From the NCBI GenBank assembly GCA_963706445.1, contig OY970160.1, positions 1,152,001 through 1,216,000 on the forward strand: a stretch of DNA of 64,000 bases. The letters run 5' to 3'. Source of the DNA: an uncultured Nitrososphaerales archaeon (GTDB lineage: Archaea; Thermoproteota; Nitrososphaeria; Nitrososphaerales; Gagatemarchaeaceae). The position numbers were made by a program, and so were the translations under genes. Shown here one piece after another: positions 9,836 through 18,976 of the stretch (its first letter is position 1; every line of letters starts with the position of its first letter). The notes beneath the pieces are model-generated. The model was not told the origin of the DNA and did no database searches. It saw only the letters and a program-made list of their open reading frames with translations.

Positions 9836-9903
9836 GTCCCAGGCCTCTCCCTCCATTCTTCAGAAGCCAACCGATTTATCCAGCACCAAGGCTCCCTCCT
9901 AGC

Positions 9904-10395
9904 ATGAGTAAGGTGAGGATACGCCGAGCAAGGGCGTCCGATTCGAAGCAGTTCATTAGGCTCGTGTTGGCACTGGCGAAGTTCGAGCATCTGAAACCCC
10001 CATCGGTGGAAGGGAGAGGGAGGTTGGCCGAAGACGTTTTCGAGAAGAAGAGGATCAACATGTTCGTGGCGGAGGAGGGGGAGAAGCTCGTCGGATATGC
10101 GCTGCACTTCTTCACCTATTCGTCGTTCCTGGCCAGGCCCACGCTGTACCTGGAAGACCTCTTCGTGCTGGAGGAGTACAGGGCGAAAGGAGTCGGCTTC
10201 GGCCTCTTCAAGCGCTGTGTGGATGAGGCGATATCAAAGGGGTGCGGGAGGATGGAGTGGGCCGTCCTCACTTGGAACAAGAAGGCCCTTGATTTCTACG
10301 AGCAAATCGGGGCGCGTAGGCTCTCTGACTGGTACTTCTACAGGCTAGACCAGGAAGGGCTTGGGCGGGTTCCGAAGTCGCCACAACGGGCATAG
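9904..10395 (+). CDS. GNAT N-acetyltransferase (spermidine/diamine acetyltransferase-like)
   Basis: YLEDLFVLEEYRAKGVG, RMEWAVLTWN, FYEQIGA; ATG 9904. Confidence 0.88.
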   Translation: MSKVRIRRARASDSKQFIRLVLALAKFEHLKPPSVEGRGRLAEDVFEKKRINMFVAEEGEKLVGYALHFFTYSSFLARPTLYLEDLFVLEEYRAKGVGFGLFKRCVDEAISKGCGRMEWAVLTWNKKALDFYEQIGARRLSDWYFYRLDQEGLGRVPKSPQRA

Positions 10396-10469
10396 GACCC
10401 CTAATCTGGCGCCGCCGTAGAGTAATTCTCCAGCCCCTACAAATATATCCTCCGCGATTTCGGCTCGTT

Positions 10470-13133
10470 TTGAGGTCGACCTTGTTGGACAGAGTTTTGC
10501 TTTTCCAAGAGGCGAAGGGCGGGGACAAGTTCCTGCTGGGTGGAAAGGGGTACGGCCTCGTAGAAATGACGTCGCTTGGGCTCCCTGTCCCGTCTGGCTT
10601 TGTGATAACCACCGAGGTCTGCAAACAATACTACGGTCAGGGAGGTAAAATCCCAGAGGGGCTCTTCGACCAGATTCGGGAGAAGATCGCAGAAGTGGAG
10701 GGCGAAACGGGAAAGAGATTCGGGGGGGAAGATAGGCCCCTTCTCTTCTCCGTCAGGTCAGGCGCCCCCTTCTCTATGCCCGGCATGATGGACTCGATAC
10801 TGAACCTCGGGCTCAACGACAGAACTGCAGAACGGATGGCCGCGATCTCGAAGAATGAGCGTTTCGCCTACGATTCGTACCGGCGCCTGATCCAGATGTT
10901 CGGGAAGGTGGCCATGGGGGCGGACGCAGAAGAGTTCGAGAAGATACTGGAGGACCGCAGGAACAGGCTCGGGGTCAAGATGGACATCGAGCTTCCGGCC
11001 GCGGAACTCAGGAGTGTCGCGGAAGAGTTCAAGGCGACCGTCAGGCGGCAGACAGGGAAGGAGTTCCCCCAGGACCCGTTCGTCCAACTCGAGATGGCGG
11101 TTGAGGCGGTGCTGAAGTCCTGGAACAACGACAGGGCGAAGGAGTACAGGAAGTTCTACAAGATCAGCGACTCGCTGGGGACAGCGGTGAATATCCAGAC
11201 CATGGTGTTCGGCAACTTCGGCGAGACCTCTGGGTCAGGGGTCGGGTTCACCAGAAATCCCAAGACGGGGGAGAATAAGATGTTCGGGGAGTACCTATCG
11301 GATTCGCAGGGGGAGGACGTCGTTGCCGGGATAAGGACCCCCGTTGGCATGGACAACGTAGACCCTAGGATACTTGCCCAGCTTAGTGACGTGGCGAAGA
11401 AGCTCGAAGCGCGCTTCAGGGACATGCAGGACTTCGAGTTCACCGTCGAGGATGGGAAGCTCTACACCCTGCAGACAAGAAATGGAAAAAGGACGGCACA
11501 GGCCGCGGTGAGGATAGCGGTGGACATGGCTAAAGAGGGACTCATCTCCCCCGAGCAGTCGGTGGCCAGGGTAGAGCCCGACATGCTCGAGTCCCTGCTG
11601 CACAGGAGGCTGGACCCCAAGGCGGCTGACACACCACTGGCAAAGGGGCTGGACGCATCGCCGGGAGCGGCATCGGGTGAGGTGGTTTTCGAAACTGAAG
11701 AGGCGGCCAGGGAGGGCGCGTCGAGGAAGGTGATACTCGTGAGGCATGAGACAACTCCCGAAGACATCAAAGGCATGATCGCTTCTCAGGGAGTGCTTAC
11801 CATGCGGGGAGGGATGACGTCGCATGCAGCGGTGGTCGCTAGAGGCATGGGCAAGCCTGCAGTGGTTGGTTGTAGCGAAATCGAGATCTCCCGGGACAGG
11901 AGCCACTTCATCACGAAGTCCGGTGAGAAGGTCCTGAAAGGAGAGACAATAACCATCGACGGCACGACGGGCTCGATCTACCGCGGCCAGGTGAAGATGG
12001 TGGACCCGGAGCCTTCAGCTGAGCTGACGGAGCTCCTGAAGACGGCCGACAGAGTCCGGAGGCTAGGGGTCTGGGCGAACGCCGATACTCCCGAGGCGGC
12101 CCGGAAGGCGAGGGACTTCGGTGCCGAAGGGATAGGCCTCTGCAGGACGGAGAGGATGTTCAACGCGCCGGACAGACTCCCCATAGTTAGGGAGATGATA
12201 ATGAGCATCGGCTCGGATTCTAGGTCCAAGCATCTATACAGGCTCTACCCGTTCCAGCTTTCCGACTTCAAGGAGATATTCGCGGCGATGGGTGGGAAGC
12301 CCGTAGTGGTCCGTCTCCTCGACCTCCCGCTCCATGAGTTCCTCCCTCCCCTGGAAGACCTGATCCTTGACATCCAGTCCATGCGGGAGAAAGGGGCGCC
12401 CACCGAGGAGTTGGACAGGGCAGAGAAACTCCTTGATCGAGTCAGACAGCTGTCGGAACACAACCCCATGATAGGACACAGGGGGTGCAGACTTGCTGTG
12501 ACATACCCCGAGATCTATGAGATGCAGTCCAAGGCGATACTGCAGGCGGCCATCGAGCTGAGAAGGGAAGGGAAGGAAGGAGCCCAGGTCAAGATAATGA
12601 TCCCGCTGGTGGCCCTTGCGGGGGAATTCAAGTTCCTCCGCGGGGTGGTCGAATCGGCCGCCGAGAGCCTGTTCAAGGAGCTAGGGGAGAGGGTGGACTA
12701 CAAGGTGGGCACCATGATCGAGACTCCCAGGGCCGCACTCACGGCCGGGGAGATCGCGGAGCTGTCTGACTTCTTCTCATTCGGGACCAACGACCTGACT
12801 CAGACGACCTTCGGCTTCAGCAGGGACGACGTGGAAGCGAAGTTCATCCCCAAGTACAAGGAGATGGGAATCCTCCCCCAGAGCCCCTTCGACTCCGTGG
12901 ATACTAAGGGGGTCGGCAGGCTAGTCAGGATGGCAGTGGCGGACGGCCGGCGGGTCAAACCCGACCTGGAGATAGGGATTTGCGGAGAGCACGGCGGGGA
13001 CCCGAAGAGCATAGCGTTCTTCGCCGAGGCGGGGCTCAACTACGTCAGCTGCTCGGCGTTCAGAGTGCCCGTCGCGAGGCTGGCGGCGGCCCAAGCGGCC
13101 ATGGCGACGGAGACCACAGCCGTCACGGCCTGA
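10470..13133 (+). CDS. ppdK: Pyruvate, phosphate dikinase
   Basis: LGGKG, SVRSGA..SMPGMM, QGEDVVAG, phospho-His motif GGMTSHAAVVARG, GIGLCRTE, GTNDLTQ, CGEHGGDP. Confidence 0.96.
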   Translation: MRSTLLDRVLLFQEAKGGDKFLLGGKGYGLVEMTSLGLPVPSGFVITTEVCKQYYGQGGKIPEGLFDQIREKIAEVEGETGKRFGGEDRPLLFSVRSGAPFSMPGMMDSILNLGLNDRTAERMAAISKNERFAYDSYRRLIQMFGKVAMGADAEEFEKILEDRRNRLGVKMDIELPAAELRSVAEEFKATVRRQTGKEFPQDPFVQLEMAVEAVLKSWNNDRAKEYRKFYKISDSLGTAVNIQTMVFGNFGETSGSGVGFTRNPKTGENKMFGEYLSDSQGEDVVAGIRTPVGMDNVDPRILAQLSDVAKKLEARFRDMQDFEFTVEDGKLYTLQTRNGKRTAQAAVRIAVDMAKEGLISPEQSVARVEPDMLESLLHRRLDPKAADTPLAKGLDASPGAASGEVVFETEEAAREGASRKVILVRHETTPEDIKGMIASQGVLTMRGGMTSHAAVVARGMGKPAVVGCSEIEISRDRSHFITKSGEKVLKGETITIDGTTGSIYRGQVKMVDPEPSAELTELLKTADRVRRLGVWANADTPEAARKARDFGAEGIGLCRTERMFNAPDRLPIVREMIMSIGSDSRSKHLYRLYPFQLSDFKEIFAAMGGKPVVVRLLDLPLHEFLPPLEDLILDIQSMREKGAPTEELDRAEKLLDRVRQLSEHNPMIGHRGCRLAVTYPEIYEMQSKAILQAAIELRREGKEGAQVKIMIPLVALAGEFKFLRGVVESAAESLFKELGERVDYKVGTMIETPRAALTAGEIAELSDFFSFGTNDLTQTTFGFSRDDVEAKFIPKYKEMGILPQSPFDSVDTKGVGRLVRMAVADGRRVKPDLEIGICGEHGGDPKSIAFFAEAGLNYVSCSAFRVPVARLAAAQAAMATETTAVTA

Positions 13134-13229
13134 ATTCCATTTTCGGAGCGTCGTCCGTTTTCAGTATTGAGAATCGTGGTCGCTCTTTAATTGCCGTAAC
13201 CCATGCGAGCCACCCTAAGGCGTTAGGTC

Positions 13230-14117
13230 ATGATACGAGTGCGCTTCCACGGTCGCGGGGGACAGGGTGCGAAGACTGCAAGCAGGATACTCGGGAACGC
13301 CGCCTTCAACGACGGGCTCTACACCCAGGACTTCCCGATCTACGGTGCAGAAAGGAGGGGGGCGCCGGTGGCCGCATTCACACGGTTCTCCGACAGGGCG
13401 GTGACGGAAAGAGGGTTCGTCTTCTCTCCGGACATCGTCGCAGTCATGGACGATTCCCTGATTACCGACCCGATCGCCAACCCGTTTGTCGGGCTGAGGA
13501 AAGGGGGGGTCGCGATTGTCAACACGACCAAATCGAGGGAATCTGTGCTCCCCGGAAGGGACGACGTCACAGTCCTCACAGTCGATCTGACAGGCGAGGC
13601 CCTGAAGATCCTAGGAAGGCCTGTGCTTAGCGCAGGGATAGCCGCGGCGGTCGCGAGGGTCTCGGGGATCAAGGAGGAGGCCTTTCTGACCGGATTGGTC
13701 GAAGAGCTTCACGACATAGGAATCTCCAATGAGATGACTGAGAAGAACAAGGTCCTTTCCGCCGGCATCTACAAGGAGGTCCGACCGATGGAACTTAGGA
13801 CAGAGGAGCTGTCCCCAATGGAAAAGCTTGTCCCGCTGGCGGCGGTCGTGGTCGGAGGGGGGATCGAGGTCGTCACCCATACCGGGAACTCGACCCGGAG
13901 GCACACGGGGAACTGGAGGACCTACAGGCCGACCATCGACTACGCCAAGTGCACCAACTGCATGATCTGCTATGCGTACTGCCCGGAGTCGGCGATGTCG
14001 CTCCAGGTGAATGGGAAGGTCGTCATCGACTACGACAACTGCAAGGGGTGCATGATATGCTTGACAGAGTGCCCGCTCAGGGCGATCGGGCAGGTCAGGG
14101 AGGGGGACCTCAGATGA
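13230..14117 (+). CDS. Pyruvate/2-oxoacid:ferredoxin oxidoreductase gamma subunit fused to delta (2x[4Fe-4S]) subunit
   Basis: N-term HGRGGQG and YGAERRGAP (gamma); C-term TGNWR, CTNCMIC...CP and CKGCMIC...CP (delta). Confidence 0.9.
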   Translation: MIRVRFHGRGGQGAKTASRILGNAAFNDGLYTQDFPIYGAERRGAPVAAFTRFSDRAVTERGFVFSPDIVAVMDDSLITDPIANPFVGLRKGGVAIVNTTKSRESVLPGRDDVTVLTVDLTGEALKILGRPVLSAGIAAAVARVSGIKEEAFLTGLVEELHDIGISNEMTEKNKVLSAGIYKEVRPMELRTEELSPMEKLVPLAAVVVGGGIEVVTHTGNSTRRHTGNWRTYRPTIDYAKCTNCMICYAYCPESAMSLQVNGKVVIDYDNCKGCMICLTECPLRAIGQVREGDLR

Positions 14118-15337
14118 ACGGGAAGCTCCTCACCGGGAACGCGGCGGCGGCCACGGCCGCAAGGCTCGCGAGGGTGGACTACATCCCAGCTTACCCCATA
14201 ACTCCACAGACGGAGATAATCGAGACCATAGCCAACTGGGTGAGGGAGGGGACCATGGACTCGAAGTTCGTCCAGCTGGAGTCGGAGCATTCGATGATGA
14301 CGGCCGCCGGGGCGGCCTCGCTGGCCGGAGCCCGGGTGTTCACAGCCACGTCCAGCCAGGGGCTGCTGTACGCGATGGAGATGCTCTACAACGTCTCCGG
14401 TTGGAGGGCGCCGATGTTGCTTGTCAACGTGTCCAGGGCGCTGGCCGCGCCCATAGTCCTTGAGCCTGACCACAACGACGTCCTTGCGGCAAGGGACAGC
14501 GGCTTCCTGCAGTTTCATTCAGAGACATGCCAGGAGGTGGCTGACCTCGTCCTGATGGCATACAGGGTAGCCGAGGACCACAGGGTCATGCTCCCCGCCA
14601 TCGTCAACCTGGACGGGTTCTATCTGTCGTTCACGAGGGAGCCGGTGGTCCTGCCAAGCCAGGAGAGCGTGGACAAGTTCCTCCCTCCGTACGAGCCGGT
14701 GGGCCCCATGAGGGCGAGCAAACCTGTGACGAGGGGTTCGGCCGTAATGGAAGGGTACCTCTACAGCTATTTCCGCTACAACATGCACGCTGCCGCCCTG
14801 AAGTCGAAGGAGGTCTTCTACGAAGCCGCCTCGGAGTTCGAGGAACTGTTCGGGAGGAGCTACGGGCCGGTCGAGGGGTACATGCTCGACGACGCCGAGT
14901 ACGTCCTCGTCATTTCCAACTCGTTCACGGCGTTGGGGAGGCAGGCGGTAAACCGCATGAGGGACCAGGGGGTGGCGGCGGGGCTTTTGAAGCTCAGGAT
15001 GGTCAGGCCGTTCCCATCGGAGGAGATCTCGGCGGCCCTCAGAGGGAGGAAGGTGGCGGGGGTCTTCGACCAGAACCTCTCTCCGGGGTTGGGCGGGATA
15101 TTCTATCCGGAGATCGCGGCGTCCTTGTATCACACCAAGGGGAGGCCCGAGGCCATCCTCCCGGTGGTCGGAGGGCTGGGAGGGAAGCAGATCACTGCCA
15201 AGGAGATGGGGATGATATTCGAAGAGATGCAGGCGATAGACAGAGGGGAGAAGGCGCCCTCGCCGATGTTCCTGATGCGGGACGACGAGCTCGCGAGGGT
15301 GAAGAAGACTGTGGCCATCGCGGAGGGGGAGAGCTGA
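14114..15337 (+). CDS. porA: Pyruvate/2-oxoacid:ferredoxin oxidoreductase alpha subunit
   Basis: YPITPQT, ESEHS, TATSSQGL, DGFYLS, GGLGG; ATGA overlap with the upstream gene. Confidence 0.9.
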   Translation: MNGKLLTGNAAAATAARLARVDYIPAYPITPQTEIIETIANWVREGTMDSKFVQLESEHSMMTAAGAASLAGARVFTATSSQGLLYAMEMLYNVSGWRAPMLLVNVSRALAAPIVLEPDHNDVLAARDSGFLQFHSETCQEVADLVLMAYRVAEDHRVMLPAIVNLDGFYLSFTREPVVLPSQESVDKFLPPYEPVGPMRASKPVTRGSAVMEGYLYSYFRYNMHAAALKSKEVFYEAASEFEELFGRSYGPVEGYMLDDAEYVLVISNSFTALGRQAVNRMRDQGVAAGLLKLRMVRPFPSEEISAALRGRKVAGVFDQNLSPGLGGIFYPEIAASLYHTKGRPEAILPVVGGLGGKQITAKEMGMIFEEMQAIDRGEKAPSPMFLMRDDELARVKKTVAIAEGES

Positions 15338-16305
15338 TGGAGACGGCGACCCGGTTCAAGACCCTCAAGGACATGCCGAAGGACGACTACATGACTCCGG
15401 GCAACACGCTCTGCGCTGGGTGCGGAGGAGCCCTCGCCGTGCGGATATTCCACAAGGTCCTAGGGCCCAACGTGGCGTGGGTCAACGCCGCAGGGTGCAT
15501 AACCATCACTATGTCATATCCCCTCAGCCCGATAAAGTCCAACTGGCTCTACACGGCGTTCGCCAGTGCCCCGGCGGGTGCCCAGGGAGTGAGGGACGCC
15601 CTTGACGTGCTGATGGCGAAGGGGAAGCTCTCTCGATCTGAAGACATGAAAGTAGTGGTCGTCACTGGAGACGGCTCGGCATACGACATCGGGCTGCAGT
15701 CTACGGCCGGGGCCCTGGACAGGCGCCTGGACTTCTACTACCTGTGCTACGACAACGAGGCCTACGGGAACACCGGGTTCCAGATGTCCTCGTCCACTCC
15801 ATTTGGCTCGTCGACCAAGACGACCCCACCGACACCGGCCTTCCCGCTCGGGAACACCAATACGAAGAAGGACCTCTTCGAAGTCTGGAGGACCATGAGG
15901 GCGCCCTATGTGGCTACACTCGCCAACTCCCACGGGGTAGACTTCCTGAGGAAGGTGGAGAAGGGAGAGAGCGTGAAGGGCCCGAAGATGTACATCGCCT
16001 TCGCCGCCTGCCCGACGGGGTGGGGATATGACCCCAAGGACTCCGTCGAGCTGGAGAAGATGGCGGTGCAGTGCGGGGTGTGGCCCCTGAAGGAGTCTGT
16101 GGACGGGGTCGTCCGGCATACTGTCATCCCGAGGTCGCTGACCCCTGTCAGGGAATATCTGAAGGCCCAGGACAGGTTCGAGCATCTCTTCAAACCCACC
16201 GAAAGGACCGAGGCGATCCAGAAGATACAGGCGGCCGTGAACTCGTACTGGGAGAAGGTCACCGCGTCCGAAGGGGCCCAGGTCAAGCTAGCCCAGACAG
16301 CCTAG
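15337..16305 (+). CDS. porB: Pyruvate/2-oxoacid:ferredoxin oxidoreductase beta subunit (TPP-binding)
   Basis: CAGCG, GDG...DNEAYGNTG, CPTGW. Confidence 0.9.
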   Translation: METATRFKTLKDMPKDDYMTPGNTLCAGCGGALAVRIFHKVLGPNVAWVNAAGCITITMSYPLSPIKSNWLYTAFASAPAGAQGVRDALDVLMAKGKLSRSEDMKVVVVTGDGSAYDIGLQSTAGALDRRLDFYYLCYDNEAYGNTGFQMSSSTPFGSSTKTTPPTPAFPLGNTNTKKDLFEVWRTMRAPYVATLANSHGVDFLRKVEKGESVKGPKMYIAFAACPTGWGYDPKDSVELEKMAVQCGVWPLKESVDGVVRHTVIPRSLTPVREYLKAQDRFEHLFKPTERTEAIQKIQAAVNSYWEKVTASEGAQVKLAQTA

Positions 16306-16358
16306 CCCCGGCACCGACCGCTCAGGCTTATCCAGACCAAAGTAGGCACCCCCGAGGT

Positions 16359-17552
16359 TTGGGCTTGTGGAAGCGGAGCGGGTTTTCGTCCGAAGGCGCA
16401 CTCCTGCTCGCCCTCCTTTTCCTAGGGTACGCGGTCTACGCCGCTGACAGGCTCGTCCTGTCCTCGGTACTCAAACCCATGGCGGCCTCCCTCGGCCTTT
16501 CCAACCTTCAGACGGGACTCCTTAGCTCGGCTCAGTACATCGGGGTTGGAGCCGTGGTGTTCCTCGCGGGGAGCCTCTCTGACCGGTACGGCGCCAGGAG
16601 GATCATCGTGATCGGGGTCGTCCTTTTCACAGCTTTCACCTGGCTCGTGGCGTTCTCCACAGACTTCGCCCAGGCTTTCGCGTTCCGTTTCGTGAGCGGG
16701 CTGGGGGAGGGGCTCTTCTGGCCCGTCGCCATGGCGTTCATCGCCGGGTACTTCGGGGCGAGGAAGGGGTTCGCCCTCGGGGTCTTCTACGTAGGGTTCG
16801 ATGTCGGCCAGACTGTAGGACTCTTCATCGGCGGGACGACCTTTGCGTACACCGGGGACTGGAGGACCGCGTTCCTGGTAGCCCCTGTTCTGGGTGTGGC
16901 AGTCGTTGCGGGGCTGATGCTCACCAGGTCTGCGTTCGCGTCGGCGGACAAAGCCGTGGGAAGGATAGGCCTCGGCAGGGAGGCCCTGCGGCTGGTGAAG
17001 AAGAGGCGGACGGTCCTGATAATGATGTTCGCGCTCTTGGCGACCTGGGCATCGGTGTGGCAGGTCGTGTTCCTCCCCTACTACTACGCCACGGTCCTTG
17101 GCGCAAGCGTCCCCACGGCCGCGTTCTTGGCGGCGGGGGTGGCAGTATCGGGCGCCGTGGGCAAGTTTACCCTGGGGAGTCTTTCGGATGTGGTACGGAG
17201 GGACAGGCTCCTGGCCATCGTCTCAGGAGGGGTCGTTGTGCTGTACGCTGTGTTCTTCTCGGAGCACGAACTCTTGTTCGCCGCCATTGCGGCCCTGGCC
17301 ATGGGGTTCGTCTCTTCGGCTGTCTTCCCCGTACTGCAGTCGTTGATGGCAGATTCGAGCGACGGGATGACTGGGACGGGCCTGGGGCTCACTACCACTG
17401 CTCAGTCCGTGGCGACGATATTCGCCCCAACGATAACGGCCTCCATCTTCTACCTTGGGGTAGGGAACGCAGTCGCCCTGGACGCGATGATACCCGCCGT
17501 ACTGATGTTGGCAGTCGCGCTCTTCCTTGGGGAACCAAGGCGCAGAGCCTGA
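16359..17552 (+). CDS. MFS transporter
   Basis: GSLSDRYGARR motif A and about 12 TM segments; probable TTG start 16359. Confidence 0.85.
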   Translation: MGLWKRSGFSSEGALLLALLFLGYAVYAADRLVLSSVLKPMAASLGLSNLQTGLLSSAQYIGVGAVVFLAGSLSDRYGARRIIVIGVVLFTAFTWLVAFSTDFAQAFAFRFVSGLGEGLFWPVAMAFIAGYFGARKGFALGVFYVGFDVGQTVGLFIGGTTFAYTGDWRTAFLVAPVLGVAVVAGLMLTRSAFASADKAVGRIGLGREALRLVKKRRTVLIMMFALLATWASVWQVVFLPYYYATVLGASVPTAAFLAAGVAVSGAVGKFTLGSLSDVVRRDRLLAIVSGGVVVLYAVFFSEHELLFAAIAALAMGFVSSAVFPVLQSLMADSSDGMTGTGLGLTTTAQSVATIFAPTITASIFYLGVGNAVALDAMIPAVLMLAVALFLGEPRRRA

Positions 17553-17597
17553 AGAGCACTTCCCATTGCTAAATACAAGGAGTGGGAGGCGACTGCC

Positions 17598-17849
17598 ATG
17601 TGCATCGCCAGGGTCGGGCGGGTCCTCGGGGCTTCTGGTGGAAGGGCGACCGTGGAGTTCTTCGACGGGAGGTCGCTGGAGAGTGTGGACGTTTCTATGA
17701 TAGGCGCCAAGAAGGGCGCCTTCGTCGAGGTCTTCGGCAACCTCGCTCTCTCTGAGTTGACGGCAGCAGACGCGAGGAGCAGAAAGAAGGCATGGAGGGA
17801 AGTCCAAAAGGCTGTTGTCGTGGCTCGAGCCGAGGCCATCCGCCGATGA
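17598..17849 (+). CDS. hypC: HypC/HupF family hydrogenase maturation chaperone (atypical)
   Basis: N-terminal MC, 83 aa OB-fold pattern, next to a hydrogenase operon; the usual His is replaced (VEVFGNLA). Confidence 0.7.
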   Translation: MCIARVGRVLGASGGRATVEFFDGRSLESVDVSMIGAKKGAFVEVFGNLALSELTAADARSRKKAWREVQKAVVVARAEAIRR

Positions 17850-18604
17850 AGGACGGAGTGATACTTCATGCGAAGCACGCCTTTATGCCCAACATGCTTG
17901 GGTACTGCGGTCCGGACGAGAGGGGGAAAATCCAGCAGGGGATTGAAGGCGGAAAGCCCGGGGACGACCTGATCAATATCCTCCAGGAATTCGAGGCCGC
18001 CTATCCTTTTCTGAAGCTGATAGCCCGATCCACCGGGAAGGACGTCTTCGATTATTCGGTCCCCGAAGCATACTGGATCGGGAACGGGCTCCTCGATAGA
18101 GTTCCCGTCCCTGACTTCTACGCCTTCTCTCACCGCGACCTGCAGGGGAGGGACCCGGATGCGGCCCACGAGATGTTCAGGGCTCTGAACGGTCGCGCTC
18201 CGCCCCACCACACGTTCTACGTGATGAACACCTTCGCAGCATCGGGGATGAAGGGTGGACCCACCATCAGAGACGGGGCGGAAAAGAAGATCTCTGAGCA
18301 GATTGACAACTGCAGAATCTCATGGGGCAAAGTGACGAAGGTCATGCCAAGGGAGCTAGAGGTCGAGGAACGTCCGGTCGTCCTGAAGGATGGGAGTCTG
18401 AATTTGGCCCTCAGGAAATTGAAGAGGGTCGCGTACAATCCAGATGTGAAACCGTTCGGTTCAATCAAGCGCGGGGCGACAGTGTCTGTGCATTGGAACT
18501 ACGCCTGCGACGTCCTCACAACCAAGCAGGTTCAGAACCTCGAAAGGTACACGCTGACCGACATCGAACTGACCAACGCGCTCTTGGCGAAGCGGAAGGT
18601 CTGA
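17846..18604 (+). CDS. DUF6390-like protein
   Basis: PNMLGYCGP, EAYWIGN, PHH, CRISWG, VHWNYACD; ATGA-coupled to hypC. Confidence 0.7.
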   Translation: MKDGVILHAKHAFMPNMLGYCGPDERGKIQQGIEGGKPGDDLINILQEFEAAYPFLKLIARSTGKDVFDYSVPEAYWIGNGLLDRVPVPDFYAFSHRDLQGRDPDAAHEMFRALNGRAPPHHTFYVMNTFAASGMKGGPTIRDGAEKKISEQIDNCRISWGKVTKVMPRELEVEERPVVLKDGSLNLALRKLKRVAYNPDVKPFGSIKRGATVSVHWNYACDVLTTKQVQNLERYTLTDIELTNALLAKRKV

Positions 18605-18609
18605 CGGTC

Positions 18610-18927
18610 TCAGCTCTGTAGTTTCTTCAACAGATCTATCCGCTTCACTCGGTCTGCGTCCAGCCCCTCGATGACATCCCTGGCGGCGGAGAGGGCGGTC
18701 ACATTCTTCCTGGATTCCGCGGCAAGTCGGGCGAAGAGTTCCCTGGAGGAAGCGTATTCAGGCTTCCTGGCGAGCGCCTCATAGCTGCTAGCCAGGTCCT
18801 CTTCAACCCCCATCCAGTTGAGGAGAGACTCGGCCAGTGGCTCGGCATATCCCGTCTTGACGGTCTCCTCGACCTTCCGGGCGTCTTCGATGTTGTCGAC
18901 CTCGGAGATTATCCTTTGCTTAGCCAC
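18610..18927 (-). CDS. Hypothetical helical protein
   Basis: 105 aa ORF filling the gap, charged helical composition; no family recognised. Confidence 0.5.
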   Translation of the reverse strand: MAKQRIISEVDNIEDARKVEETVKTGYAEPLAESLLNWMGVEEDLASSYEALARKPEYASSRELFARLAAESRKNVTALSAARDVIEGLDADRVKRIDLLKKLQS

Positions 18928-18976
18928 ACCACATCGCGGTCAGCGCGAGGCTGGAGTCTATTAAATTGGATTGGGG

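Noticed and set aside
9400-9903. Long N-terminal extensions in the ORF track (9400, 13949, 16071, 28293, 35889, 44097, 51977, 57470)
   Set aside because: They overlap upstream genes or promoters; conserved domains begin at later starts.
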